Assembly (NCBI GenBank): GCA_963713975.1
Contig: OY970218.1
Location: forward strand, 2,336,001-2,400,000
Direction: 5' to 3'
DNA from: an uncultured Chloroflexia bacterium
GTDB lineage: Bacteria; Chloroflexota; Limnocylindria; Limnocylindrales; CSP1-4
DNA length: 64,000 nucleotides
The translations under genes were made by a program, and so were the position numbers. Numbering within the stretch: the first letter of the stretch is position 1; every line of letters begins with the position of its first letter. The notes beneath the pieces are model-generated. The model was not told the DNA's origin. It ran no database searches and saw only the letters and a list, made by a program, of their open reading frames with translations. This document shows positions 38,821 to 48,474 of this stretch, one piece after another.

Positions 38821-40017
38821 CTACTCGTACCGCAGGGCCGCGATGGGATCGAGGCTCGCGGCCTGTCGGGCGGGCCAGACGCCGAAGATCACGCCCACCG
38901 CCAGCGAGAACCCTACCGCCAGCAGGATGGTGGTGACGCTGATGCTGAGCCCCCAGCCCGCCAGCGACCCGACCAGGGCGGAGATCGCGACACCGAACGC
39001 GATTCCCAGCAGCCCGCCGGCGACCGACAGGACCAGGGCCTCGATCAGGAACTGGGCCATGATGTCGCGCCCGCGGGCCCCGATCGCCTTGCGGATCCCG
39101 ATCTCGCGCGTCCGCTCTCGGACCGAGACCAGCATGATGTTCATGATTCCGATGCCGCCCACGAGCAGGCTGATCGACGCGATGCCGGCCAGGAGCAGCG
39201 ACAGGAAGCCGGTGATCGTCCCGAACGCCGACAGCAGCTGAGCCTGGTCGACGACGGTGAAGTCGTTCGGGGTCCCATCCGCGATCCCGTGGCGCGCGCG
39301 CAGCAGCTCCGTGACCTGGAACTTGACCAGTGGGATCTGGTCCGCGTGATCCGTGGAGACGGACAGGGACTGGACCGAGTTGCCGGCGACGAAGTAGTCG
39401 CGTAGCGCCGACAGCGGGACCAGGACCTGGTCGTCCAGGATGCCCTTGGGCTGGAGGATCCCGATCACGCGGAACGGGACGCCGCCGACGTTGATATCGG
39501 TGCCCACCGCATCGGCGCCGAGCTGGAGGGCATCGGCGGTCGCGGAGCCGATCACCGCGACGCGCAACCCGGCCCGGTACTCCGGCTCGGACACGAACGA
39601 CCCGTGCCAGATCTCGTACGCGCGTACGGGCATGAACTCGGGCGTGATGCCGGACACCGTGGTCGTGGTGTTGGCGTCGCCGGCCACGACGACCGCCCCC
39701 GTCGAGACCTGGGGGGCGACCTCGGCGACGCCCTCGATGTTCGCGATGGCCTCGCCGTCGGCGATCGTCAGCGTGTCCACGGACCCGGCCGCGCCGCGGA
39801 CGAACCCGAAGGTGCTGGCGCCGGGGCTGATGCTGAGCAGGTTCGTCCCCAGGCCCTCGATGAGGTTCGTGATCCCGGAGGTCGCACCCTGGGCGACCGA
39901 GACCAGCGCGACGATCGAGCCCACGCCGATGATCACGCCCAACATCGTCAGCAGCGCCCGCAGCCGGGCGGCGGCCAATCGCGAGATGGCGAGGGGAACG
40001 AGCTCGGCCCAGTTCAC
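38821..40017 (-). CDS. MacB/FtsX-type ABC permease
   Basis: LTMLGVIIGV, GGIGIMNIM.VSV.ERTREIGIRKAIGA, ALRYE. Confidence 0.95.
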   Translation of the reverse strand: MNWAELVPLAISRLAAARLRALLTMLGVIIGVGSIVALVSVAQGATSGITNLIEGLGTNLLSISPGASTFGFVRGAAGSVDTLTIADGEAIANIEGVAEVAPQVSTGAVVVAGDANTTTTVSGITPEFMPVRAYEIWHGSFVSEPEYRAGLRVAVIGSATADALQLGADAVGTDINVGGVPFRVIGILQPKGILDDQVLVPLSALRDYFVAGNSVQSLSVSTDHADQIPLVKFQVTELLRARHGIADGTPNDFTVVDQAQLLSAFGTITGFLSLLLAGIASISLLVGGIGIMNIMLVSVRERTREIGIRKAIGARGRDIMAQFLIEALVLSVAGGLLGIAFGVAISALVGSLAGWGLSISVTTILLAVGFSLAVGVIFGVWPARQAASLDPIAALRYE

Positions 40018-40700
40018 GCGGAGAGCCGTCCATCGCGGACATGGACGCCGCGCTTGGCGGCGACCGCGACATCGCTGTCGTGGGTGATCAGGACGATCGT
40101 CGTCCCGGTGTCGTTGAGCTCGTGGAGCAGGTCGAGCACGTCCGTACCCGACGCCGAGTCAAGGTTCCCGGTGGGCTCGTCGGCCAGGATGATCGCCGGC
40201 CGGCTGACCAGCGCCCTGGCGATCGCCACGCGCTGCTGCTGGCCACCGGACAGCTCCGAGGGTTCGTGGGTCACGCGGTCCTCGAGCCCGAGCCGCACGA
40301 GGGCCTCGTGGGCGCGCAGGGTGCGCTCGGCCCGCCCCACGCCCGCGTACAGCAGGGGCATGGCCACGTTCTCGAGCGCCGTCGTCCGCGGCAGCAGGTT
40401 GAACGACTGGAACACGAACCCGATCGTCCGGTTCCGGACACGCGCGAGCTCGTCGTCTCCGAGGGCCGCCACGTCTGTCCCGGCCAGCCGGTAGGTGCCC
40501 GTGGTGGGCCGGTCGAGGCACCCGAGCAGGTGCATCAGCGTGGACTTGCCGGACCCCGACGGACCGACGATCGCGAGGAAGTCCCCGGGAACGACGTCGA
40601 GGTCCACCCCGACCAGCGCCTCCACCTGGAGCCGGCCGGAGCTATAGGTCTTGCCGATGCCGCGCATCTCGATGACCGGCGCGACGGGCTGCTCGGTCAA
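40014..40700 (-). CDS. MacB/LolD-type ABC ATPase
   Basis: GPSGSGKST, LSGGQQQR, ADEPTGNLD. Confidence 0.95.
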   Translation of the reverse strand: MTEQPVAPVIEMRGIGKTYSSGRLQVEALVGVDLDVVPGDFLAIVGPSGSGKSTLMHLLGCLDRPTTGTYRLAGTDVAALGDDELARVRNRTIGFVFQSFNLLPRTTALENVAMPLLYAGVGRAERTLRAHEALVRLGLEDRVTHEPSELSGGQQQRVAIARALVSRPAIILADEPTGNLDSASGTDVLDLLHELNDTGTTIVLITHDSDVAVAAKRGVHVRDGRLSA

Positions 40701-42175
40701 GGCTGGGAGCCCCCGCCGCCTGCGCCCGTTCCACTGGCCCCGCCGCCGGGACCCGTCGGGAAGGTCGTGACGAGGTCCTTGGCGGACGCCGTCCCCGTCA
40801 CCACCACGGTGCCCGCGCTGATGCCCGACTTGATCTCGGCCAGCGACGCCGTGAGCAGCCCGACCTCGACCGGCACCGTCCGTACCCGGTCCGTGCCGTC
40901 CAGCACCTGGACCGTGTAGGCGCCCGGCTCGCCGCCGATGGCCGTCACCGGAACCGCGAGCACGGACGGTGCTCTGGCGGTGGTGACGTCCACATCCGCG
41001 GTCATGCTGGGGGCCACGCCGTCCGGCGGGGCGTCGAGCGCGATCACGATGGCGTAGTTGACGACCCCCGAGGCGCTCTTGGTGGCGCCGGCGACGTCGA
41101 TCGAGTCAACGGTGCCGTTCACGGTCGTGTCGAGCGCCGGGATCGTCACCTCGGCGGGTTGGCCGAGCTGGACCGATGGCAGGTTGCTCTCGGTGATCGA
41201 GGCGGCCACCTCGACGTCGGTTCCCCGCATCAGGATCGCGATGCCCGTCGCCGAATCCCCGGGCTTGATGGCGACCGATGAGATCACGCCGCCGATTGGT
41301 GCCGTGAGGGTGGCAAGCTCGAGCGTCCTCTCCGCGTCGCCAACCGCCTGCTCGGCCTGGGCCACGGCCGCCCGGCCCGCGGCGACGGCGGCATCGGTGT
41401 CGACCGTGGTCGCCCCGTCGAAGGCGAGCTGCGCCGACTTGACCCCCAGCCTGGCGGCGGCCACCTGGCTTGCCGCCTGGGCATTCGCGGAAGCGGCCTG
41501 GCGCCTCGCGCTGGCCAGCGCACGCGACGCCTGCTTGACGGCTGTGGTGTCGGCGGCGATGACCGAGGCCGGCGCCCCTGCCTTGCGGTCCTTCGTGCGC
41601 TGCTTCTTCGCGTCCGAGAGCGCCGCCGAGGCCTGCGAGATGGCGAGCCGTCCCGAGGCCGCGGTCTGGGACTGCGCGCTGCGAGCCTGGCTGAGCTGGC
41701 TGTCGGCCTGCGTGATCCCGAGCTTGGCCTTGGCCTTCGCGGTCTTCGTGACGGGGCTCTCGTCGGTCTTCAGCTTCGCGGCCGCCGAGGCGAGGTTCGC
41801 CTTGGCCACGACCAGCGCCAGCTCCGCATCCTCGGTGTCGGCGGTCGCGAGGACGTCGCCGGCCTTTACGGCCTGGCCCGCCTCGACATCGACCGTAGCG
41901 ACCGTCCACAGCTTGCCGGTTGGATTGTCCGCGGCGGTGGACGCCGCCTTGGGCGACCGGACCGGCTCCTTGCCGAAGGCGAGGCCGTAGCTGTCCACCG
42001 GCTGGATGGAGCCGCTCACCGAGACGGTGTCGCGCACGTCCGTCACGGCCGCGCTCGCGGTCACGTAGGTGACCTCGGGCGTCTGGCCGCCCAGCGACCG
42101 GCCGATCGTCGCGATGCCGACGACGGCGATGCCGACGACCACCACGCCCCCGATGGCGACTGCTCGCTTGTTCAT
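40697..42175 (-). CDS. Membrane fusion/adaptor protein (MacA/HlyD-like) with long coiled coil
   Basis: Lipoyl half motifs GQAVKAGDVLA and APIGGVI; Ala/Lys helical hairpin. Confidence 0.88.
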   Translation of the reverse strand: MNKRAVAIGGVVVVGIAVVGIATIGRSLGGQTPEVTYVTASAAVTDVRDTVSVSGSIQPVDSYGLAFGKEPVRSPKAASTAADNPTGKLWTVATVDVEAGQAVKAGDVLATADTEDAELALVVAKANLASAAAKLKTDESPVTKTAKAKAKLGITQADSQLSQARSAQSQTAASGRLAISQASAALSDAKKQRTKDRKAGAPASVIAADTTAVKQASRALASARRQAASANAQAASQVAAARLGVKSAQLAFDGATTVDTDAAVAAGRAAVAQAEQAVGDAERTLELATLTAPIGGVISSVAIKPGDSATGIAILMRGTDVEVAASITESNLPSVQLGQPAEVTIPALDTTVNGTVDSIDVAGATKSASGVVNYAIVIALDAPPDGVAPSMTADVDVTTARAPSVLAVPVTAIGGEPGAYTVQVLDGTDRVRTVPVEVGLLTASLAEIKSGISAGTVVVTGTASAKDLVTTFPTGPGGGASGTGAGGGGSQP

Positions 42176-42753
42176 GACTTCGTGCTCCTCGGTGCACCCT
42201 GGTGCGCCGCGGCCGGCGCGAGGGCGGGGATCGGGATGGCGGATGGGACGACGCGGCCCGTCGCGCGGCGTGCGGGACGTGTCGGCGGCGCGGCCGGGAG
42301 ACGGCCGGCGGCGGAAAGGCGACTGACCCCCCGGTCGAGAACGCCCAGGAAGTCGCGGACGTGTTCCAGGTCGTCGTTGTCGAGAACGCCCAGGAGGTCC
42401 CTGACCTGGCGGGCGTTGAGGTCGCGGAAGCGGTCGACAAGCTCCAAGCCGGACGGCGTCAGGCCGACGAACACGCGCCGGCGGTCCGAGCCGGTGGCGC
42501 GACGGGTGACCAGCCCGTGCTCCACGAGCCGGTCCACGATGCCGCTGACTGTCGGCAGCGTCACCCCGAGCCGGGCGACCAGCTCCGACATGTTGAGGTC
42601 GCCGGCGGCGAGGAGGTACAGCACCTTCGCCTGGGGCATGGAGATGTCGATCTCCAGGAACTCCGGCGAGTTCGCATCGGCCAGCCGGGCAAGAAGGACC
42701 TCATAGTCACCGAGGACCTCCTCGATGAGGCCCGCACGCTCCCGCTCGTCGAT
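42172..42753 (-). CDS. MarR family regulator (start apparently at ATC, or via a 1-nt deletion)
   Basis: SELVARLGVTLPTVSGIVDRLV..GLV.R....DRR; frame open with coding bias 38 codons upstream of ATG 42639. Confidence 0.85.
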   Translation of the reverse strand: MDERERAGLIEEVLGDYEVLLARLADANSPEFLEIDISMPQAKVLYLLAAGDLNMSELVARLGVTLPTVSGIVDRLVEHGLVTRRATGSDRRRVFVGLTPSGLELVDRFRDLNARQVRDLLGVLDNDDLEHVRDFLGVLDRGVSRLSAAGRLPAAPPTRPARRATGRVVPSAIPIPALAPAAAHQGAPRSTKS

Positions 42754-42780
42754 GCCATTCCCCTTCGTGCTGTGTTGACA

Positions 42781-42797
42781 GTTAGGTCGAACCTAAC
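42781..42797. promoter_or_regulatory. MarR operator palindrome GTTAGGT-CGA-ACCTAAC
   Basis: Perfect 7-3-7 inverted repeat directly upstream of marR. Confidence 0.75.
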
Positions 42798-42890
42798 CAT
42801 TCGGCCAGCACGGTACACCCGTCGGGGAGAATACGCGCCGGGTGGGGTGGCACGGCGGAGGGCCGGGCCCCGGGCCCCGCGCCGGGCCGA

Positions 42891-44156
42891 TCAGGCCTCG
42901 GCCGGACCCGCAGGAGCGTGACCGAGCCGAAGCGTGTCGCCCATCGTCGCGAGCAGCGGGACCCGGATCAGCAGGTCGATCGCGACGTACGCGAGGAACA
43001 CGTACGCGGGGCCGATCCCGTCCCAGATGAGACCCGCGACAAGCGCCATGAGCGCGCTCAGCAGCAGGCGCACGACCCTGGCGATTCCGATCCAGCGGCC
43101 CATCTGGGCCGCGGGCACGAGCTCGCGCTCCATGGCCGCCTGGATCGGGCCCCCGAGGTAGAAGAACGCCTGGAGCCCGCCGGCGACGACGAGCCAGGCG
43201 GGAGTCGGGGCCCAGATGAGCACGATGTTGGACATGCAGAACAGCGGGACGGTCAGGAACAGGACCTTCTTGCGGCCGATCCGGTCGGCGAGTCGCCCGA
43301 GCGGGATGGCGAGCACGATGGACACAAGGGCCGTCGTCGCCGCCATCGCCCCGAGGACCAGTGCGTCGGCGCCCTTGATCTCATGGGCGTAGACCTGCGA
43401 GAAGGCGAACACCATTCCCGCAGGCAGGCCGCCGATGGCCGCGATCACCAGCCACCGTTTGAGGTGCCGGCCCGCCATGACCTCGCGCAGGTCGCCGAAC
43501 AGCGCGCCGCGACCGAAGCCCGTCGACCAGCGCTGCGGGGACAGCTGGGTCGCCACGATCACGAACGTGATCAGGGTGATGACCAGCCCGATCACGAACA
43601 ACGGCCGGATGGCGTCCGGGTCGACGACGCCGGACGAGGCGACGATGAGGGCGCCGATCAGGGGCCCGACGATGCCCAGGACGCCGGCGCCGACGGTCTC
43701 GCACACCATCATCGCCGTCGCCCGATCGCGGTTCACCAGGCAGTTGCCGCAGATCGTCGCGCAGCTGTGGCCGCTGATCGAGTAGCCCAGCCAGTAGGCG
43801 ATCATGGCCGCGATGGCCATGTACCAGTTCTGGGCCACGGCATAGGCGAGGTAGGACACCGCGAGCAGCCCGATGCCCGCGAGGTAGAACGAGCGGGGAC
43901 CGTGCCGGTCGATGAGCCAGCCGATGTACGGGCTCACCAGCCCCGCCGCAAGCAGCCCGAGACTGTTGACGAGGCCCAGCTGGGTGGCGCTCGCGCCCAG
44001 TGCCACGATGTAGACGCCCAGGTACGGGAACACGATCTGGTAGGCGAGCCGGTCGAGCGAGGTGCGGACCACCGTCACGTTCCAGTCGCGCTGCTGGCGG
44101 CGGAGGAACGCCATCGCGCCGCGCTCGTCGACGCGCCGGTCCGGGGCCAAGCTCAT
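42891..44156 (-). CDS. MFS transporter
   Basis: GWLIDRHGPR and GRLADRIGRKK motif A; about 12 TM. Confidence 0.92.
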   Translation of the reverse strand: MSLAPDRRVDERGAMAFLRRQQRDWNVTVVRTSLDRLAYQIVFPYLGVYIVALGASATQLGLVNSLGLLAAGLVSPYIGWLIDRHGPRSFYLAGIGLLAVSYLAYAVAQNWYMAIAAMIAYWLGYSISGHSCATICGNCLVNRDRATAMMVCETVGAGVLGIVGPLIGALIVASSGVVDPDAIRPLFVIGLVITLITFVIVATQLSPQRWSTGFGRGALFGDLREVMAGRHLKRWLVIAAIGGLPAGMVFAFSQVYAHEIKGADALVLGAMAATTALVSIVLAIPLGRLADRIGRKKVLFLTVPLFCMSNIVLIWAPTPAWLVVAGGLQAFFYLGGPIQAAMERELVPAAQMGRWIGIARVVRLLLSALMALVAGLIWDGIGPAYVFLAYVAIDLLIRVPLLATMGDTLRLGHAPAGPAEA

Positions 44157-44333
44157 GGGGCGACGCGCTTCGTCAGACAACGGGAGGAGAGGATGGGGCA
44201 GACAACATTCCGCCCCCGACTGTGCCGTGGGCGAGTGCTCGTCGATCATGCCGAGGGTCACGAACCTCCGGGATGGCCGTAGTCTGGGTGTCACACCACC
44301 GCGTCGAGGGCGGGGGCTCCGCGAGCCAGGCGA

Positions 44334-44363
44334 TTGACGTGTGACTATCTGGTCACGTATGGT
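44334..44363 (+). promoter_or_regulatory. Leaderless promoter TTGACG-N18-TATGGT with ArsR operator GTGAC-N6-GTCAC
   Basis: Palindrome at 44341-44356 between -35 and -10; GTG start 6 nt after the -10. Confidence 0.7.
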
Positions 44364-44369
44364 CCCTGC

Positions 44370-45155
44370 GTGGACGACAAGGTGTTCCGTGCGCTGGCCG
44401 ATCCCAGTCGCCGGACGCTGCTCGACCGGCTCTTCGAGCGTGATGGCCAGACGCTGGGGGAGCTGGAGGCGGCGCTGCCGGAGATGACGCGGTTCGGCGT
44501 CATGAAGCACCTCCGCGTTCTCGAGGGGGCGAACCTCGTCACCAGCCGCAAGGTCGGGCGGGAGCGCCACCACTACCTCAATCCGGTTCCCATCCGCCGG
44601 ATCCACGATCGCTGGCTGGACCGCTACGCGATCCGCGCCGCCGACATGCTCACGGACCTCAAGACCCTCCTGGAGATCGATCCGATGACGTCCCCCGATA
44701 CCGCCGCATCGGCCGCAGTGACGGCCCCGCGCCACGTCTTTGCCACGTTCATCCGCGCGACGCCCGAGGCGATCTGGCGCGCGCTCACGGAGTCCGACTT
44801 CACGACCCTCTACTGGTACGGCTCCACCGTGCACTCCGACTGGGCCGAGGGCTCTCCCTGGGAGCTCCGCACGGCCCAGGGCCAGGTCGGGATCACGGGC
44901 GAGGTCCTGGAGGCCGACGCGCCCTGGCGCCTCGTCGTCACCTACAAGCAGGCGTGGGGTGGTGGCGACGAGCCGCCGTCACGCGTCACGTTCGAGATCG
45001 AGGCCGCCGGTCCGGGCGTCCAGAAACTGATGGTGGTCCACGAGACGGAGCCGGGCACGAGCACCCAGATCGCGGACGTCGCCGCTGGCTGGCCGTTCAT
45101 CATCGCAGGCCTCAAGACCCTGCTCGAGACCGGCGAGCCGCTCGCGGCCGGCTGA
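44370..45155 (+). CDS. ArsR/SmtB HTH fused to SRPBCC (AHSA1-like) domain
   Basis: VFRALADPSRR, MTRFGVMKHL.VLE, HYLN; IRATPE.IW.ALT, GW..I..GLKTLLETG. Confidence 0.92.
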   Translation: MDDKVFRALADPSRRTLLDRLFERDGQTLGELEAALPEMTRFGVMKHLRVLEGANLVTSRKVGRERHHYLNPVPIRRIHDRWLDRYAIRAADMLTDLKTLLEIDPMTSPDTAASAAVTAPRHVFATFIRATPEAIWRALTESDFTTLYWYGSTVHSDWAEGSPWELRTAQGQVGITGEVLEADAPWRLVVTYKQAWGGGDEPPSRVTFEIEAAGPGVQKLMVVHETEPGTSTQIADVAAGWPFIIAGLKTLLETGEPLAAG

Positions 45156-45190
45156 TCACCCGACCCGTTGAGACACAGGAGACACGTCGC

Positions 45191-45631
45191 ATGAAGACCA
45201 CGAAGGCGACCGAGACGCTCACCGCCGAGGAGCGGGAGGCGATGCAGGAGCGCACGAAAGAGCTGAAGGCCGCCGGCCGCAGCTCGAAGTCGGCCAGGGC
45301 CGACGGTTTGAAGGACCTGCTCGCGAAGATCGCCGAGCTGCCGGAGCCGGACCGATCCATGGCCGAGCGGGTCCACGCGGTCGTGATGGCCGCCGCGCCG
45401 GAACTCCAGCCGAAGACCTGGTACGGGATGCCCGCGTACGCGAAGGACGGCAAGGTCATCTGCTTCTTCCAGGCCGCCGCGAAGTTCAAGGTGCGCTACG
45501 CGACGTTCGGCTTCCAGCCCGATGCGAACCTCGACGAGGGCGCCATGTGGCCGACGTCCTTCGCGCTGACGGAGCTGACACCCGAAGCGGAGGGGCAGAT
45601 CACCGCGCTCGTGGAGCAGGCGGTGCGCTGA
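45191..45631 (+). CDS. DUF1801 (YdhG-like) protein
   Basis: PKTWYGMPAYAKDGKV.CFFQ...KF..RYAT.GF. Confidence 0.88.
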   Translation: MKTTKATETLTAEEREAMQERTKELKAAGRSSKSARADGLKDLLAKIAELPEPDRSMAERVHAVVMAAAPELQPKTWYGMPAYAKDGKVICFFQAAAKFKVRYATFGFQPDANLDEGAMWPTSFALTELTPEAEGQITALVEQAVR

Positions 45632-45654
45632 CGACGGGCGCCGCCGACCCGACC

Positions 45655-46452
45655 TCAGCCTCGGGCTGACCGGATCAGTGCCGAGCGGTGGCGTGCGATC
45701 CAGGCATCGTCGGCGGCGATCCGTGCGTCGCCGCCGGCTTCTGTCCAGTGGTGGATCCACGACTCGTTGCCGGCGGTGATCTCCGCCCGGATGTTGGCCG
45801 TTGCGTGCGCACGCTCCTCGATGATCACGCCGAACAGCTCCTCCGCCCGCTCCGGCTCGAGCCCGTAGGCCCGGGCGAGGACACCGATCCGCGCGATACC
45901 GTCGAGGCTCAGCGGGTGCTGGTCGCGTCTGCCGGGATCACCGAGCGGACCCCAGACCTCGGCCGCGATGGCCACGTCCCACAGCGGGCGGCCCGGGGCC
46001 GCCATCGCGAAGTCGATCAGCGCCACGACGCGTCCCTCGCGGAAGATCACGTTCTCCGGGAACAGGTCGTTGTGGCAGATCACGGTTCCGCCACCCGGGT
46101 CGGCCCACTCGGCAGACCAGTCCGCCGTGGTGCCCCTGAACGATGCCGTCACCTCGTGGAATCGCCGGACCAGCGCGCCGAGGTCCGCCAGCGCCCGATC
46201 CGTCATCGCCCACGCCGGATACGGCGGCACCGGGACGTCGCCGTCGATCCAGCTGAGGACCTCTCGACCCTGGTCGTCGGTGCCCAGGTGCCGCGGCGCG
46301 CCGTCGAACCCGACGGACTCGAGGTGGACGAGCAGCTCGCGGACCGCCGCACGAGAGGCTCCTGCCGCGCGGCGGACGGTATCGCCGACGCGCACGGGCG
46401 CGCTCCTCGGGTCCATGCTTCCGACCAGCCGCTGCTCGTCTGCCATGTTCAT
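45655..46452 (-). CDS. Aminoglycoside phosphotransferase-like kinase
   Basis: CHNDL.PEN, LIDF; VR.GDTVRR N-terminus. Confidence 0.85.
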   Translation of the reverse strand: MNMADEQRLVGSMDPRSAPVRVGDTVRRAAGASRAAVRELLVHLESVGFDGAPRHLGTDDQGREVLSWIDGDVPVPPYPAWAMTDRALADLGALVRRFHEVTASFRGTTADWSAEWADPGGGTVICHNDLFPENVIFREGRVVALIDFAMAAPGRPLWDVAIAAEVWGPLGDPGRRDQHPLSLDGIARIGVLARAYGLEPERAEELFGVIIEERAHATANIRAEITAGNESWIHHWTEAGGDARIAADDAWIARHRSALIRSARG

Positions 46453-46467
46453 ATCGTGACGCAAGGA

Positions 46468-47112
46468 TCAGCCGACGCCGCCGGTCCCGAACTGGCGGTC
46501 GCCCGCGTCACCCAGCCCCGGCATGATGTAGCCGACATCGTTCAAGTGACGATCCAGGGCGGCCGTGTAGATCTCGACCTCGGGGTGGGCGGCAAGCACC
46601 GCCTCGACCCCCTCGGGCGCCGCGATCAGGTTCACGAGCTTGATCCGGACCGCGCCCCACTTCTTGAGGACCTCGATTGCCGCCGTCGCCGATCCGCCGG
46701 TGGCGAGCATCGGGTCCAGGATCAGGCACAGGTCCACGTTGGCCGTGTCCGGGAGCTTGTTGTAGTACTCGACGGGGCGCAGCGTCCGCTCGTCGCGGAA
46801 CAGGCCCAGGTGCCAGACATGTGCCGTCGGCATCAATTCCAGCATCGCGTCCACCATGCCCAGGCCTGCCCGCAGGATGGGGATGAGGCCGATGCGGTCC
46901 GCCAGCTCCTCGGCGTCCATCAACTCCATGGGCGTCCGGATCTGGAGCGGCTGGGTGTGGGCGTCCGCCAGCGCCTCGTAGCCCAGGAGCCACGAGAGCT
47001 CCCTGACCACCTCGCGGAACTTCTTGGGCTCGGTGTTCTCGTCCCGGAGGATGCCCAGCTTGTGACGCACCGCGGGATGCTGGGACACATGGAGGTTCGG
47101 CCAGTTCGCCAC
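46468..47112 (-). CDS. upp: Uracil phosphoribosyltransferase
   Basis: PILRAG, RDE.TL, DPMLATGGS, YI.PGLGDAGDR.FGT. Confidence 0.97.
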   Translation of the reverse strand: MANWPNLHVSQHPAVRHKLGILRDENTEPKKFREVVRELSWLLGYEALADAHTQPLQIRTPMELMDAEELADRIGLIPILRAGLGMVDAMLELMPTAHVWHLGLFRDERTLRPVEYYNKLPDTANVDLCLILDPMLATGGSATAAIEVLKKWGAVRIKLVNLIAAPEGVEAVLAAHPEVEIYTAALDRHLNDVGYIMPGLGDAGDRQFGTGGVG

Positions 47113-47277
47113 GGGAATCCCTCGCGCTGATCGGATCGGGCGGCGAACCGCCCGGGCGGCACGGCCTGCCGGTCAAGGACCAATCCTAGCGCGCGGCGGG
47201 TCGGCCCGGTGACAGGTGGCGCCACGAGGCCGGCGTTACGCCGGGTGGTGCGGCGCCCGCCGCGTTATGCTCGCTCG

Positions 47278-48414
47278 ATGGTCCCCTCGACGTCCAGATC
47301 CGCCACGCGCGCATCGGCCACGACGCGTGCCGCCCGCTGGGCCGTGCCACCCGTCCTCGTGCGCCAGGTGCGCAACGGCGTCGTGGAGTCGGTGCACCGC
47401 GGTGACATCGTGGAGGTGGACGTCGCGGGCCGGATGCTCCATCTCCTGGGTGACCCGGACCGCGTCGCGTACCTGCGTTCGACGGTCAAGCCGCTGGGAC
47501 TCGTGGCGCTCCTCCGGGCTGGCGGGCGCGAGGAGTTCGACCTGACCAGCGAGGAGCTCGCGGTCATGGCGTCGAGCCACTCCGGCGAGGACGTCCATGT
47601 GCGCACGATCCAGGCCATGTACCGCCGGATCGGCATCTCGCAGACCCTGCTGACCTGTGGCACCGAGGGCATGCCGCTTGATGCCGTCACCGCCGCGCGG
47701 CTGGCGAGGGACGGAGAGCGCCCCGGGCCGCTCCGGCACATGTGTTCCGGGCAGCACTCCGCGTTCATCCTGCTGGCGAAGCTGGGTGACTGGGAGCCCG
47801 AGACGTACTGGCAGGAGGAGCATCCGGCACAGGCTGCCTACCGGGAGACGGTAGGGGACCTGTTCGGCGCGGCACCCGATCGGCTCGTGACCGGCATCGA
47901 CGGATGCGGGCTCCTGACGTATGCCTTCCCGCTGCGCGAGATCGCGCGTGCCTATGCCACGCTGGCTGACCCGGAGTCGATCCCCTCGAGCGACACGCGC
48001 GCTCCGCTGGCCCATCACCTCCTGGCGGTCCGGGATGCGATGACGGCGCACCCGGAGCTGATCGGCGGCAACCGCGACCGGCTGGACACGTCGCTGATGA
48101 AGGCGGCCCCGGGGCGCGTCGTGTCCAAGAGCGGCATGGAGGCCCTGCGCGGCGTCGGGATCCTGGCCGGCGCACGGGGTGAAGGTTCGCCGGCGTCCGG
48201 CCTGGCCATCAAGATCGAGGACGGCGACGGGTACGAGCGCGGCACGTGGGCCGCCGGCGTTGAGGCGCTCCGCCAGGTCGGCGTGCTCGAGGGGCAGACC
48301 CTCCGCGTGCTCGCCCGGTATCACCGTCCGCCGGACGTGGATCCGCATGGGCGGGTCGCGGCAGAGGCCGTCGCCTCGTTCGACCTCGCACCGGTGGGTG
48401 AGCTCACCGGCTAG
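47278..48414 (+). CDS. Asparaginase II (Rhizobium AnsA-type) family protein
   Basis: ESVHRG, RSTVKP, SHSGE..H, CSGQH, DGCG, KIEDG. Confidence 0.85.
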   Translation: MVPSTSRSATRASATTRAARWAVPPVLVRQVRNGVVESVHRGDIVEVDVAGRMLHLLGDPDRVAYLRSTVKPLGLVALLRAGGREEFDLTSEELAVMASSHSGEDVHVRTIQAMYRRIGISQTLLTCGTEGMPLDAVTAARLARDGERPGPLRHMCSGQHSAFILLAKLGDWEPETYWQEEHPAQAAYRETVGDLFGAAPDRLVTGIDGCGLLTYAFPLREIARAYATLADPESIPSSDTRAPLAHHLLAVRDAMTAHPELIGGNRDRLDTSLMKAAPGRVVSKSGMEALRGVGILAGARGEGSPASGLAIKIEDGDGYERGTWAAGVEALRQVGVLEGQTLRVLARYHRPPDVDPHGRVAAEAVASFDLAPVGELTG

Positions 48415-48474
48415 GGCCATGTCGTTGCCGGGGCCCGGACCGGCCCACCTCCACCGTCCCGCGGAGGCGCCACG

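Noticed and set aside
38821-42175. MacAB-type system without TolC as a novelty
   Set aside because: Common in monoderm bacteria (YknXYZ-like)
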